64,000 bases of DNA from Mobula hypostoma. Lineage: Eukaryota. The notes under the pieces were generated by a model that did no database searches, was not told the DNA's origin, and saw only the letters and a program-made list of their open reading frames with translations. The translations under genes were made by a program, and so were the position numbers. Location: NCBI RefSeq assembly GCF_963921235.1, contig NC_086097.1, positions 252,156,001 to 252,220,000 of the forward strand. Direction: 5' to 3'. Positions 24,601 through 38,389 of the stretch are shown one piece after another; the first letter of the stretch is position 1; the number at the start of each line of letters is the position of its first letter.

Positions 24601-27600
24601 GTTGTTACCTAAACAATTTCTCCCTTTGTAATATCAGAAGTAAAAGAATATTTTCCAGACAATCTGCATTGTTACTTTGGCATTTTTGCCAGGAAATTCA
24701 TTGCTAGTTAGCAGCAGCGCTGGTGTGCACCATACTGCTCCTGAGGAGTACTCAGGTGAGGAAACTACAAAGGTTACGTACAGAACTTTGATCCGGTTGT
24801 TTGTTGCATCCACCGCACTGGCAGGTCCGGGATGGATTTCCACGACCAGTTCATGCCACAATCCAGCATAAACTATGTGCATTCACATTGGAGACAGCCA
24901 CCTCTTAAGCTAAATGCTCAATCATTCTGTTTTATTCTAAATTCCCAGGGTATCGCTGAAATCAAGATAAAGGTGAAATAGTCCATGATTACCTTGTGCA
25001 GTGCACCCACTTTCTAAGAAGTTTGTAAAGATTCAGCATGACATCTAAAACTTCGGCAAACTTCTACAGATGTGTAGTGGAGATTATATTGAGAGGTTGC
25101 ATCAGGAGCTGGTACAGAAACACCAATGTCCTTAAATGGAAAGTCGTACAAAGAGCCGTGGATACAGCCCAGTCCACCTTTGAGTACATCTACACAGAAT
25201 GCTGGCATAGGAAGGAACAGGAGCCTCAGGTCCCTCAACCATCGGGGGATAACTTCACTTCACTTCATTTGCCCCAATCACTGAACTGTTTCCACAACCT
25301 ACGGACTCCTCATCTCATCTTCTTGATATTGCTTATTATTATTGTTTTGCATGTTTTTTCTGTTGTTGTTTCCTTGAATTTACTGTGAAAGGCCACAGGA
25401 AAATGGTGACATATGTACTTTGATAGTAACATTTTTAGATTTGGAACTTTGACAAAATCCTCATTAGACTCAGAATAAAAAGATCTGAACTGTCAGTCTA
25501 AATGTCATCACACCGATAGCTGATTGTGTCATCTACGTAAATTCAAAGTAGATTTATTATCAAAGTACATATATGTCACCATATACCACCCTGAGATTCA
25601 TTTTCTTGCAGGCATTCAAAATAAATCCAAAAAAATCAACAGAATCAATGAATGATCACACCCAACAGGATGGATAACCAACGTGCAAAACAAACCATGC
25701 AAATATAAAAGAAAAAATAATGATAATAAATAAGGAATAAATATTGAGAACATAAGATGAAGACTCCTTGAAAGCAAGTCCATAGGTTGTGGGAGTAAGC
25801 TCAGGTTTGGGGTGAGTGACATTGTCCCCTCTGGTTCAGGAGCCGGATGGTTGAGGCGTAATAACTGTTCCTGAACCTGGTGATGTGAGTCCTGAGGCTC
25901 CTCCTTCCTGATGGGAGCAGCAAGAAGAGAGCACTGGCAGTGATGTTCCTGATAACTTTAAAATCTATTTGCCTACAGATGAGGAAATCACTCGAAACGC
26001 CAACAATTTATATTCGCTCCCAATCAGTACAAATTGAGGAAGCAGTTAGCCAATCAGTTTAGTGAGCCTGGAGTCACATGATGGCCAGACACAATTAGGC
26101 TTGGTAGATCATGCTCCCTAAAGGATATTAGTCAACCAGAAACACAAGAGACTTAGCGACTGCTGGAAATCCAGAGCAACACACACAAAATGCTGGAGGA
26201 ACTCAGCAGGTCAGGCAGCATCCATGGAAATGAATAAACAGTCGACATTTTGGGCCAATAATGTTGACCAGGAGCTGAAGAAGTCCCAGATGGCCCAAAT
26301 GGTCTATGTGCTGTAATGCTCTAAATTCCCAGAGGAACATATGCTGGGTGAACTCAGCAGGTCAGGCAATGTCTATGGAGAGGATTTTGGACTGAGACTC
26401 TTTATTAGGACTTCATCAGGCACACAATGAAGGGTCTTAGCCCAAAACATCGACAGCCTATTCTTCTGTATAGTAGCTGTCTGACCCGGGTTCCTCCAGC
26501 AGTTTGTAGGTGTTATCCAATCAGACAGGTTTCTAAGACAAGTCAGTAGTTTCATATTATCGAGACCAGCTTTATTTCTGGATTTATTTAATTACTTGGG
26601 TTTAAATTTTCCTGGATATTTTAACAAGACACGGTCTCACTTGTCCATTTTATGACCGTACCGATGTGGCTTTGGTAATTATTCTGACAAAAAGGAGAGT
26701 TGTGATCTGTCAGTGGATAAAACACCGGGGATACCTCTTTTTCCCTTATTAGGGAGAGAGCGAGCCTGTGGTATGTCAAATTACCAGGTGAACGAGTAGT
26801 CTTTGGGGTACTGCAAGTCTGTGTCTTTATTGATGCTTTGCTGCATGTTTAAGTGCTCAGATGGGGGGGGGAGTGGCGATGCTTTTTCACTGGTGGGGGT
26901 GGGTGGTCATTTTTTTTGCTGCTGCTTATTCGTGGGAGGGGGAATTGGGGGGCTTTGGGGTTCTAACATTTAACTGTCATTTATTCTTTGGGGCACTCCT
27001 CTGTTTTCGTGGATGTTTGAGAAGGAAAATTTCAGAATGTATATTGTATACATTTCACCGACATTAAATGTACCTATTGAAACCTACTGAAATTTCCTTG
27101 GTTATGTAATATGCTTAAAATTCCATTCATCTGCAAAACAGATCACGGCAGCAAATCTAATCTATTGCACATTTTTGCATTGGCTGGCCCAAGAATACTT
27201 TGTGCACAAACTGAATCTTGCCTCAAATATACAAAACACAATGAGTGCGTCAATGGGAACTGGCATTTTTACCATTTTCAAATCTACAGCCTTGGTTAGG
27301 CCCCAGTTCGTAAATTTTAGTTGCCTCAAACTTGGAAAAAGTAAGGCTCCATCCATTCACATTTAAAAATCAGACACTTTAAAAGTTATTAATACACATT
27401 TTGAAAGGTCTGGATAGTGTGGGAGTGACGAGGATGTTTCCAATAGTGGGGGTCTAGAACCAGAGAGCACAGCCTCACAATAGAGGGAATAGACGCCCAT
27501 TTAGAACTGAGATAAGGAGGAATTTCTTTAGCCAGAGGATGGTGAATCTGTGGAATTCATTGCCACAGACAGCTGTGGAGTCCAAGTCATTGGGTATATT

Positions 27601-28490
27601 TAGAGCTGAGGGCGATAGGTTCTTGATTAGTCAGAGCATCAAAAGGTTACAAAGAGAAGTCAGGAGAATGGGTTGGGAGGGATAATATATAATAAATCTG
27701 AAATTCCCAACCTGGGGCCCACGGACCACATGGTTAATAGTAGGGGTCCATGGCATAAAGAAGGATGGGAACCCTTGTAATAGATCAATGATGGAACGGC
27801 AGAGCAGACTTGATGGTTTGAGTGGTCTAATTGTGTTCCTTTGTCTTATGGTCTTATTTTAAGAAGAAAGTAGGAAAGATTTTGTGAAACCTTCTTGTGG
27901 TTAAACCTTTGCATTTTTGTGCCATTTAATACTAAAATAAAAACATACATAATTTTCCCTTATACCTAAAATTAATGTGCAATCCAAGATGCATACAAAT
28001 ATTTTCTTAATAAAAACATGGTGACAGGACAAGAGCAGAATGTAACTATGTTAATCCAGCAATTTGTCCCCATTTTACTCTTCACATACTGTCCATTTAC
28101 TTCTCTCGGGATTATGTTAACACATTTCACAAAGACTCACCAAGTGCAGAGATAGCTAAACCACTAAAATTTTCAAAAATGCAGAGTTTACATCAAATTT
28201 CAGTGTAAAATTCTTCTACTATTAACTTGTGTATGTGCATGATCGAGCTATAACAGATTTAGGTGCCGGAAATCTTGTGCAACACACACACACACACACA
28301 CTCACAGACAGACACACACACACACACAGACACACTCACAGTGCTGAAGGAATTCAGCAAGTCAGGTCAGGCGGCATCTGTGAAAGGGAATAAACAGTCA
28401 ATGCTTCAGTCTGATGAAGACGCTCGGCTTGAAACGTCAACTGTTCATTTCCCTTCATAGACGCTGTCTGACTTGCAGAGTTCCTCCAGC

Positions 28491-28534
<44 letters not shown>

Positions 28535-28866
28535 TCATTCACCTAACTGCTTTGATTAATAAAGCACATTTCTATCTCAAATTTAAAATTAATAGCTCAC
28601 TGAGCATGAAGGTTGGTTTGAGGAAGAAATATTAAATTTCAACGAATCTTTGCACGTACCAGATATTCGTAACTATATTCCATACCAAACTGGCTCTACC
28701 TTTTAGGGACAGGCTTCCCAACAAACGTGACATTTCCATACCAAGCCCATTCTTTCCCCTCAATACCCTGCAAATTTCACCCCTTAACCTTCCAGAAGAC
28801 CACAACCATGTGACTTTGGAAGATTAGGTGGTGGGGGTGGTGCTGAGGGAAGGAAACTAAGTAGTA

Positions 28867-29445
28867 CACTCAGTGGCCACTTTATTAGGTACACCTGTAT
28901 AGCTGCTCGTTAATGGAAATATCTAATCTGTCAACTGTGTGGCAGCAACTCAATACATAAAAGCATACAGACATGGTCACGAGGTTCAATTCCTGTTCAG
29001 ACCAAACAACAGAATGGGGAAGAAATGTGATCCAAGTTGCTTTGACCATGGAACGATTCTTGGTACCAGACAGGGTGGTTTTAGTATCTCAGAAACTGCT
29101 GATCTCCTGGGATGTTCCCGCACAACAGCCTCTAGAGCAGGGGGTCCCAACCTTTTTTGTAACATGGACTCCTACCATTAACTGTGAACAACAGACTGGG
29201 AGCCCCTGTTCTTGGGTTTACAGAGAATGGTGCGAAAACAAAAACAAGACGCAGTTCTGTAGGTGAAAATGCCTTCTTAATGAAAGAGGTCAGAGGAGAA
29301 TGGCCAGACTGATTCAAGCTGACAGGAAGCTGACTGTAACTCAAATAACCATGGAGAAGAGCATCTCTGGATACACAACACGTTGAACCTTGAAGTGGAC
29401 AGGCTACAGCAGCAGAAGATCACCTATCAAAATGGCCACTGAGTG
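28867..29445 (+). mobile_element. Internally deleted Tc1/mariner element with a nested hAT MITE
   Basis: TA|CACTCAGTGGCCA...TGGCCACTGAGTG|TA ends; HTH remnant MGKKCD...GFSISETADLLGCSRTT; CAGGGG...CCCCTG insert at 29138-29208. Confidence 0.85.
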
Positions 29446-29767
29446 TAGATATAAGCACAAATAAAAATATTTCAATAAGTCACTATGAGGCGTGAACATC
29501 TTGCAAATTTTGCACAAGTGAGTTTCACTGCATGTGAATTAATATATTCTCAGCTACGTAAACTTCGTTACACTTACACAGCAGTACAGTCTGCATTCAC
29601 AGTGCTACATTTCCTGAGGGTGAATGTCCAGGTGACAATTGACACAAGGTGCAATCCAGAAGAAACTCTTCAACTTCTCCCAAGTTTCAATAAAAAGTCC
29701 AGCCACTTTGGCAAAAAGTAGAACAAGGCAGCAAAAAGACCACATTGTCATGGTTGTGCAAAAGTTG

Positions 29768-30008
29768 CTAAAAATTCATATTTTCTGAAATCCTGTTGTT
29801 CTCCTCAAAGGATGTATCACTCTGCTTTAATGGGATAATTTCTGGAATATCAGCACAAGATAATCCATTAGAGTCCTTTAGTCTTTGATATGAATACTCG
29901 CCGTGGAATCCAGAGCGAACATTTCTTTGGCAAACCAGGAAAAGATTTCCTGCTACACTCAGTAACAGCAAGACGAGAAGGGTGATGGATACAATCAGCC
30001 AAGTTTTC
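29768..30008 (-). CDS. NAGPA: NAGPA last coding exon: transmembrane helix and cytoplasmic tail
   Basis: aatag|G AAA ACT TGG gives KTWLIVSITLLVLLLLSVAGNLFLV...HGEYSYQRLKDSNG...ENMNF*, aligning with human TAWLALTLALAFLLLISTAANL...HGDYAYHPLQEMNG as recalled. Confidence 0.88.
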
Positions 30009-31081
30009 CTATTCCAGATAGAAAGAGACAACATGGTTTCCATTACTATACTTTGCTCAGTATTATTTCTATATTGTAAAGCAGAATGAGCAATTTTAAA
30101 ATGCAAAATTTTCAAACCAATGTTTCAGATGCGTTTTCAAACATCAAAGCACAAAAATATTCTTATGCCATGTGGCCCCTACCATTAACTGAGAGGTCTG
30201 TGCACCCCAGGATGGGAACCCCTGCTAATCTGTTACAGTTTTCATTACAAAGACGACCATTTCAACTCCTGAGCTCACCTCTACTGCTGCATTTGATCTA
30301 CGTAGTGCACGATTTCCCTATCGTTTAACAATGGCTCACTCGCTCTGTAATAACAGCGTAAGACGTACAAGAGTAGCAGAAATGAGCCATTTGACCCGTT
30401 GAGCCTGCTCCACCATTCCATTATGGCTGATTTAATATGCCCCTCTGCCCCGTTCTCCTGCATTTTCTCCAGAATCTTTAACACCCTGACTAACCAATAA
30501 TCTATCAATCTCCACTTTAAATGTACCCAATGACTTGGCCTCCACAGCTGTCTGCGGCAATGAATTCCACAGATTCACCACCCTCAGGCTAAAGAAATTC
30601 CTATGCCTTCTTTCAGGACCCCCTTCACCCACGCTGTCTTTGTCTACAAGGACCACAACTTCAAGGACAGGAGAGCTCTAGAGATGACCAGGAGAGCAGT
30701 CCATGCCCTCCATCCAGTCCCTCAAGTCTGTGAACTTCTCCAATTAGACGAGATGAGGAATTTCTTTAGCCAGAGGGTGAAAGACCAGGTCAAGTGGACT
30801 GTATTTAAATTTTGGACTTGGGTAAATGCAGAGGTTCTGTGAAGGCCTCGAATACCATTAACCAGGGGTTCCACGGGTGCCAGGTTGGGAACCCCTGAAC
30901 TAAGGGAGGAATTGATCCCGTTTCAAAACTACACACCTCACCCACTTAAAAAGATTAGAATGTTGAGAGTTAAAAAGACAATGAATGTCTTAACATGGTG
31001 AGATACATGAAGTTATCGATGTAACTGCGAGGGTAAATGTTAATCAACAATTGCACAGACAGGAAAACAAATTATACAAAC

Positions 31082-31163
31082 TCTTTGAATAAATGCGAAT
31101 CTTCTTCAAAGCCATGTTGGTCTTTCCAGAGTTTAGACGTCTGTGAAGCTAGACACTGATGTA
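31082..31163 (-). CDS. NAGPA: NAGPA juxtamembrane exon, 82 nt
   Basis: ttacag|TA CAT CAG TGT gives (V)HQCLASQTSKLWKDQHGFEEDSHLFK(E); human has VKQCLQ. Phases 1 and 2 fit both neighbours; the donor GA|gtttgt is weak. Confidence 0.75.
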
Positions 31164-31529
31164 CTGTAACATAAAGGTAAAAGATACCTTGAATATTTAG
31201 TCTGGCTTTTCAAAGGGTCCAAATTATTGACACAAAACACTGCAATGCTTCCACACATTCAGATGATGTATAAGCAGCAGGAAAAACCTTGACTCTCTCC
31301 CTCCCTGCACTTAACCAGCAAAAGCACTGACACACTCCCCAAACCATGCATGCAAGCAACAGCAAAGGCCCCAAAGAGACTTTAATCTAGAGTCCATCAA
31401 AAACTATAATCCATTCCAACACTTCAGTAACTCCGACAGAGTCTCTCTCTCTCTCACGAGAGAAATTGAGCCAGCAACAAGACAGCACGATACCAGCAGC
31501 TCTCTGTTTCGATGTGACAATCCTCCACT

Positions 31530-33170
31530 TTGCATAGGAGCAGAATTAAGCATTTTGGTCCATCGAGTTTGTTCTGCCATTCCATCATGGTTGATTCACT
31601 ATCTCTAACAACGCCATCTCCTGCCTTCTCTCTGTAACCTTTGATGCCTTGATTAATCAAGAACCTATCAACTTAAATATACTCAATGGCCTGGTCTTCA
31701 CAGCTGTCTGTGGCAAAAAATTCCACAGATTCATCACCCTCTGGATAAAGAAATTCCTCATTTCTGTTCTAAAGCAACATCTTTCTGGTTTTAGACTCCT
31801 ACTCCATTGGAAGCATCTTCTCCAATGTCCACTTTATATAGGTCCTCCAATATTTGATAGGTTTCAATGAGATCCTCCTCATTCTTCTAAATTCCAGCCG
31901 GTACAGGCCCAGAATCACCAAATGCTCCTCATATGTTAACCCTTTCATTCCTGGAATCATTCTCATGAACCTCCTCTGGACCCTCTCCAAAGTCAGCTCT
32001 CAAAATCCAGCACATCCTTTCTTAGGTAAGCTGCCCAGAACTCCTCACAACAATTCAAGTGTGTTTGACTAGTGTCTTTTAAAGCCTCAGCATTACATCC
32101 TTGCTTTTATATTTTAGTCCTCACAAAATGAATGCTAATAGTGCATTTGCCTTCCTTACCACAGACTCAAGCTGCAAGTTAACTTTTATGGAATCCCAAG
32201 TTCCTTTGCACTTTGGATTTCTCAATTTTCTCCCCATTTAGAAAATAATCTATGCCTTTAATCTTTCTACCAAAGTGCATGATCATACACTTACCTACAC
32301 TGTATTCCATCTGCCACTTCTTTGCCCATTCTCCCAATCTGTCTGTCCTTCTGTGGCCTCTCTACTTCCTCAAAACTACCTGCCCCTCCACCTATCTTCA
32401 TATCGTATGCAAACTTTACAACAAAGCCATCAATTACATCATCCGAATCACTGACATATAACGTCAAAAGAATTGGTCCCAACACCCAGACCCCTGTGGC
32501 ATACCAGCCAACAGCCAGTCAGTCAATTTTCTATCCATGCCAGAACCTTTCCTGTAATACCATGGGCTCTTATCTTGTTTAGCAGCCTCATGTGCAGCAT
32601 CTTGTCAAAAGCCTTCTGAAAATCCAAGTAAACAACAGTCACTGAGGAAGTAACAAACAGGATAGACAAAGGGGAACCAAAGAACTCTAACAGATCTGCC
32701 AGGCAAGACTTCCCCTTCAGGAAACCATGCTGGCTATGGCCTAAACACAAACAAAAGAAAATCTGCAGATGCTGGAAATCCAGAGCATCTCGCACAAAAT
32801 GCTGGAGGAACTCAGCAGGTCAGGCAGCGTCTATGGAAGAGTACTGTCCAATTTTTGGGACGAAACATCAACGGTACTCTTTCCCATAGATGCTGCCTGG
32901 CCTGCTGAATTCCTCCAGCATTTTGTGTGTGTTGCTCTGACAATGGCCTATTTTATCATGAGCCTCCAAGAACTCTGAAATCACGTCCTTAACAATTGAC
33001 ACCACCATCTTCCCAACCGGAAGTGAGGCTAACTGGCTTTTAATTTCCTTGCTTCTGCTTTCCTTCTCTTCTTAAAGAGTGGAGTGACGTTTACAATTTC
33101 CCAGTCGTCCAGAACCATTCCAGAATCTCGTGATTCTTGAAACATCATTATTAATATCTCCACAATTTCC
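31530..33170 (-). mobile_element. Degraded CR1 LINE RT region
   Basis: Fragments QHGFLKGKSCL, YLDFQKAFDK, VKFAYDMKIGG and VQRRFMRMIPG; interrupted by a Penelope foldback at about 32750-32935. Confidence 0.85.
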
Positions 33171-33430
33171 TGCACGCTATCTGCACATCTTCTTTATTAT
33201 TGAGCCAACACGACAGAACTTCCTATCTAAACTCGTTGTTGGATCACTGATACTGCCTCTAGATAATGCAAAATAAAATAAAAATGTGGCTTTGCAAACA
33301 TCATTTAATCGAAAGCAAATTCTCTTTGAGAAGGTTATCTAAGTCCAAACAACACCATGATCAGTTAAAGGACAAATGTTTTGGTGATACACTATAGCAA
33401 TGCTGATTGGAGTAACACTGTATGCAATAC

Positions 33431-33562
33431 CTCTGTACAAGTCGTCATTAAAGCCAGAATCGTGGGTGGCATTACAGCTACCAGTCACCGGATGGCAAGG
33501 GCACATACTTGGGCAGTGGCAGGACTGCTGGCATTTTAGTCCGTACCACCCTCGGGGGCATT
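33431..33562 (-). CDS. NAGPA: NAGPA EGF-like exon, 132 nt
   Basis: catgcag|AA gives (E)CPRGWYGLKCQQSCHCPSMCPCHPVTGSCNATHDSGFNDDLYR, then G|gtattg; human has ECPLGWHGPGCQRPCKCEHHCPCDPKTGNC. Confidence 0.9.
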
Positions 33563-34484
33563 CTGCATGAAACAAAACAGAATAGTTTAGATTACGTCAA
33601 AGTATTTACTTACTAAATCGTTTTCCCATTTCTCTATACCGAAAATTACGTGTTAGTAAAGTTTACTATTGTAATAATGAAAACACAAAATTACAGCACA
33701 GCACTGGCCCTTTGACCTTTTAACCTAAAACTACCCCTTCCTTCCTACATAAACATCTACTTTTCTATCATCTATGTAGTTTCTTAAATGTCCCTAACGT
33801 ATTTGTCTCTACCAACTCTGGCTGGCTGCTCCATGCACCCACCACTCCCTGTGTGAAGAACCAAATGTATAACTAGAACATAGCACAGTACAGGCCCTTC
33901 TGCCTACCATATTGTGCTGACCTTTTAACCCACTCCAAGATCAACCTAACCCTTCTCTCCCACACAGCCCTCCATTTCCCCCATCACCCATGTGTCTATC
34001 TAAGAGTTGCTTAAATGTCCCGAATGTACCTGCCTCTACTCCTAGTAAAAACCTAGCTCTGACATGCTCCCTATACATTCCTTCTTTAAAATCAGCCATT
34101 TCTGCCCTGGGATAAAGTCTCTGGCTACCCACTTGATCTATGCCTCCTATCATCTCATAGACCTCGATCAAATCACCTCTCATCCTTCTCGCCAGAGAAA
34201 AAAGCCCTAGTTCACTCAGCCTATCTTCATAAGACATTACCTTGGACATGACTGCTTGTTGGAAGCAGGTAGCAAATTAACTGAGAATGAAAATATTAAC
34301 AAATCTTTGGCACGTTACAGTAGAATTTCTTTCAACTGATAAGAAATAAGTTTAAAGTAAATTTATTATCGAAGTACTGATATGTCACCTTATATAGCTA
34401 TTATTCTATATGAATTTACTGTGAATGCCCATAAGAAAATGAACCTCAGGGTCATAAATGGTGATGTAAATTTACTTTCAACTT

Positions 34485-35292
34485 CAGCATCAGCAAGGGA
34501 GATGAGGCTGAGTACAGGGCTACGGTAGGAAACTTTGTCACACTGTGTGAGCAGAATTATCTGCAGCTTAATGTGAAAAAGACTAAGGAGCTGGTGGTAG
34601 ACCTGAGGAGAGCTAAGGTACCGGTGACCCCTGTTTCCATCCAGGGGGTCAGTGTGGACATGGTGGAGGATTACAAATACCTGGGGATACGAATTGACAA
34701 TAAACTGGACTGGTCAAAGAACACTGAGGCCGTCTACAAGAAGGGACAGAGCAGTCTCTATTTCCTGAGGAGACTGAGGTCCTTTAACATCTGCCGGACG
34801 ATGCTGAGGATGTTCTACGAGTCTGTGGTAGCCAGTGCCATCATGTTTGCTGTTATGTGCTGGGGCAGCAGACACCAACAGAATTAACAAACTCATCCGT
34901 AAAGCCAGTGATGTTGTGGGGATGGAACTGGACTCTCTGACGGTGGTGTCTGAAAAGAGGATGCTGTCTAAGTTGCCTGCCATCTTGGACAATATCTCCC
35001 ATCCACTACATAATGTACTGGTTGGGCACAGGAGTACATTCAGCCAGAGACTCATTCCACCGAGATGCAACACAGAGCGTCATAGGAAGTCATTCCTGCC
35101 TGTGGCCATCAAACTTTACAACTCCCTGACACCCTGAGCCAATAGGCTGGTCCTGGACTTATTTCATAATTTACTGGCATAATCTACATATTGCTATTTA
35201 ACTATTTATGGTTCTATTACTATTTATTATTTATGGTGCAACTGTAACAAAAACCAATTTCCCCCGGGATCAATAAAGTATGACTATGACTA
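34485..35292 (+). mobile_element. Rex1/Babar LINE 3' part
   Basis: KKTKELVVDLRR...YKYLG...LYFLRRLRSF; ends with AATAAA and a (TATGAC)n tail. Confidence 0.85.
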
Positions 35293-35293
35293 T

Positions 35294-35499
35294 AATTCGA
35301 GCAACATACATCAAAGTTGCTGGTGAACGCAGCAGGCCAAGCAGCATCTATAGGAAGAGGTGCAGTTGACGTTTCAGGCCGAGACCCTTCGTCAGGACTG
35401 ACGAAGGGTCTCGGCCTGAAACGTCGACTGCACCTCTTCCTATAGATGCTGCTTGGCCTGCTGCGTTCACCAGCAACTTTGATGTATGTTGCTTGAATT
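35294..35499. repeat. Near-perfect palindrome (two 102-bp arms, 2-nt spacer) with back-to-back hammerhead cores
   Basis: 35294-35395 is the reverse complement of 35398-35499 with about two mismatches. Each strand reads CTGACGAAGGGTCTCGGCCTGAAACGTC. Confidence 0.92.
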
Positions 35500-36059
35500 T
35501 CCAGCATCTGCAGAATTCCTGTTGTTTACTATAATTTGAGATTCATTTTCTCACAGGCATTTACAGAAAAATAAAGAAATACAATGGAACTTATGAAAAA
35601 AAACTGCACATAAAGAGATTCTGCTTATGCTGGAAATCCAGAGCAACACATACGAAACGCTGGAGGAACTCAGCAGGTCAGGCATCACTTATGGAGGGGA
35701 ATAAACAGGCTTCAGGCTGAGACCATTCAATACGACTAAACGCAAATATTGATGGATAACCAATGTGCAAAAGAAGACAAATATCTGCAGATATGATGCT
35801 GGAAATAGTTTACAATATCAGGATGTAAGTGTCACTGAAATTGCTTTCTACATTCCTTGGACATTGTTCTCGGATTATCGTCAGATTCCACGGCCACTCC
35901 AACAGGTTAGACTGGTAGAACATTTACAAACAATTTGAAAAGCTTCAATGCTTACACTTGAGCTGTGGTATAAAGAGTGATGACAGCTGTACAGAATAGA
36001 GGGAGGCCCTTCGGTCCATCATCTGGGCTCATCCCTTAAGCCCCTAAGGAATAGATGGG

Positions 36060-37097
36060 ATAGAGTTTTGTCAAATGTATTCGGGGAAGTTTCCTTAACC
36101 ATTACATAGAAGCCCCACTGAGTCTGCAAAACTTGATGTGTTATTAGGGAATGAGAGAGGGCACGTGACAGAAGTTTCTGTATCAAAGTAGATATGGAAA
36201 AAGATAGGACTGGTCCACGGGTTGAGATCCTAAATTAGAGAAAGGGCAATTTTAATGATATCAGAAAGGATCTGGCAACATGGATTGGGACAGGCCGTTT
36301 TCTGGCAAAGGTGCAATTGGTTAAGAGGCGGCTGAAGATATCATGGAGGCATTAGTAACAATCTTTTAAGAATCACTAGATTCTGGAATGGCTCTGGAAG
36401 ATTGGAAAATTGCAAATGTCACTCTACTCTTCAAGAAGGGAGAGAGGCAGAAGAAAGGAAACTATTGGCCAGTTAGTCTGACCTCAGTGGTTGGAAAGAT
36501 GTGGAGTCGATTATTAAGGATGAGGTCTCAGGGTATTTGGAGGCACATGATAAAAAAAAAGGCGGTAGTCAGCATGGTTTCCTCAAGGGAAAGTCTTACC
36601 TGACGAAGCTGTTGGAATTCTTTGAAAAAATAACAAGCAGGATACACAAAGGAGAATTGGTTTATGTTGTGTGCTTGGATTTTCAGAAGGCCTTTGAGAA
36701 GGTGTCACACATGAGGCCGCATAACAAGCTACGAGCCCGTGGTATTACAGGAAAGATTCCAGCATGGGTAAAGCAGTGGCTGATTGGCAGCAGGCAAAGA
36801 GTCGGAATAAAGGGAGCCTTTCTGACTGGCTCCTGGTGACCAGTGGTCTGGGTTGGGACCAATTCTCTTTATGTTATGTCAGTGATTTGGATGACAGAAT
36901 TGATGGCTTTGTTGCAAAGTTTGCAGATTATAGGAGGATAGGTGGAGAGACAGATAGTATAGAAGTATAGAGGAAGTAGAGAGACTACAGAAGGATAGAT
37001 AGATCAGGAGAATGGGCAAAGAAATGAAAGGGTTGACCATTTTCTAAGTAGAGAGAAAATACAAAAAATGTACTGAGGTGCAAAGGGACTTGGGAGT
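36060..37097 (+). mobile_element. Degraded CR1 LINE
   Basis: EDWKIANVTLLFKKG, SQHGFLKGKS, LDFQKAF and VAKFAD. Confidence 0.85.
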
Positions 37098-37179
37098 CAT
37101 AGAAACACAGAAACCCTACAGCACAATACAGGCCCTTCGGCCCACAAAGCTGTGCCAAATATGTCCCTACCTTAGAAGC

Positions 37180-38389
37180 TACTAGGATGCACTTGAGTCT
37201 GACTAAATGTCGAACATTATCTTTTGCCTCTCTCTTGGCTAGACGGTTGGCTCTTCTTACGTGGAAAGATGCTGCCCCACCCACTCACACTCAATGGTTT
37301 AATGATATTATAGAAACATAGAAAATAGGTGCAGGAGTAGGCCATTCAGCCCTTCGAGCCTGCACCACCATTTATTATGGCTGATGATCCAACTCAGAAC
37401 CCCACCCCAGCCTTCCCTCCATACCCCTTGATCCCCGTAGCCACAAGGGCCATATCTAACTCCCTCTTAAATATAGCCAATGAACTGGCCTCAACTGTTT
37501 CCTGTGGCAGAGAATTCCACAGATTCACCACTCTCTGTGTGAAGAAGTTTTTCCTAATCTCGGTCCTAAAAGGCTTCCCCTTTATCCTCAAACTGTGGCC
37601 CCTCGTTCTGGACTTCCCCAACATCGGGAACAATCTTCCTGCATCCAGCCTGTCCAATCCCTTTAGGATTTTATACGTTTCAATCAGATCCCCCCTCAAT
37701 CTTCTAAATTCCAACGAGTACAAGCCCAGTTCATCCAGTCTTTCTTCATATGAAAGTCCTGCCATCCCAGGAATCAATCTGGTGAACCTTCTTTGTACTC
37801 CCTCTATGGCAAGGATGTCTTTCCTCAGATTAGGGGACCAAAACTGCACACAATACTCCAGGTGTGGTCTCACCAAGGCCTTGTACAACTGCAGTAGTAC
37901 CTCCCTGCTCCTGTACTCGAATCCTCTCGCTATAAATGCCAGCATACCATTCGCCTTTTTCACCGCCTGCTGTACCTGCATGCCCACTTTCAATGGCCCG
38001 TTTAGACCTCGAAAAGATTCATTATTCACTTCTTAATTCAGACATAAAGTTTCATAAGGTGTGGGGACCTTTTCTTGAATATTTTCATAACTCTTCTTTA
38101 GGGTAAGTTTATCCTTTTTTTGTATGCTACAATCCCTTACTTTCAGCTTTTTTTTGTAAGGTATACGGTTTTTTGTTGTGAATTACATTATACTTTTGGT
38201 AGTCGGCATTGTACTTTCTTTTTTCCTATATATATTTACAGTTCTCTGGGGTTGAATGCTCCGATTAATTTTTTTTCTTTTATACGCAGAAATGGTAGGC
38301 CCGGATTTTTTTTTCCCCCCAGTGGGAGGTTGGGGTGGATACAAATTTTACATAATTCTTTTTGGGCGCTTTTTCTTACTGTCATGAAT
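37180..38389 (+). mobile_element. L1/Tx1-type LINE ORF2 C-terminus and 3' UTR, split by a CR1 insertion
   Basis: Joining about 37180-37311 to 37994 onward restores ...LARRLALLTWKDAAPPTHTQWFNDIMARLDLEKIHYSL...FHKVWGPFLEYF, typical of fish L1 ORF2 ends. Confidence 0.7.
37312..37993 (-). mobile_element. Young 5'-truncated CR1 LINE
   Basis: Uninterrupted ORF 37394-38029; near-identical to the copy at 40685-41548; TTTCTATG-type tail. Confidence 0.93.

Noticed and set aside
24540..25010. Unique-looking sequence with short ORFs on both strands
   Set aside because: No recognisable domain or convincing splice pair; could be distal NAGPA 3' UTR or intergenic DNA.
28281..28532. (CA)n and (TG)n microsatellites as independent features
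   Set aside because: They are expansions of the ACACAC ends of one Penelope foldback element and are ordinary.
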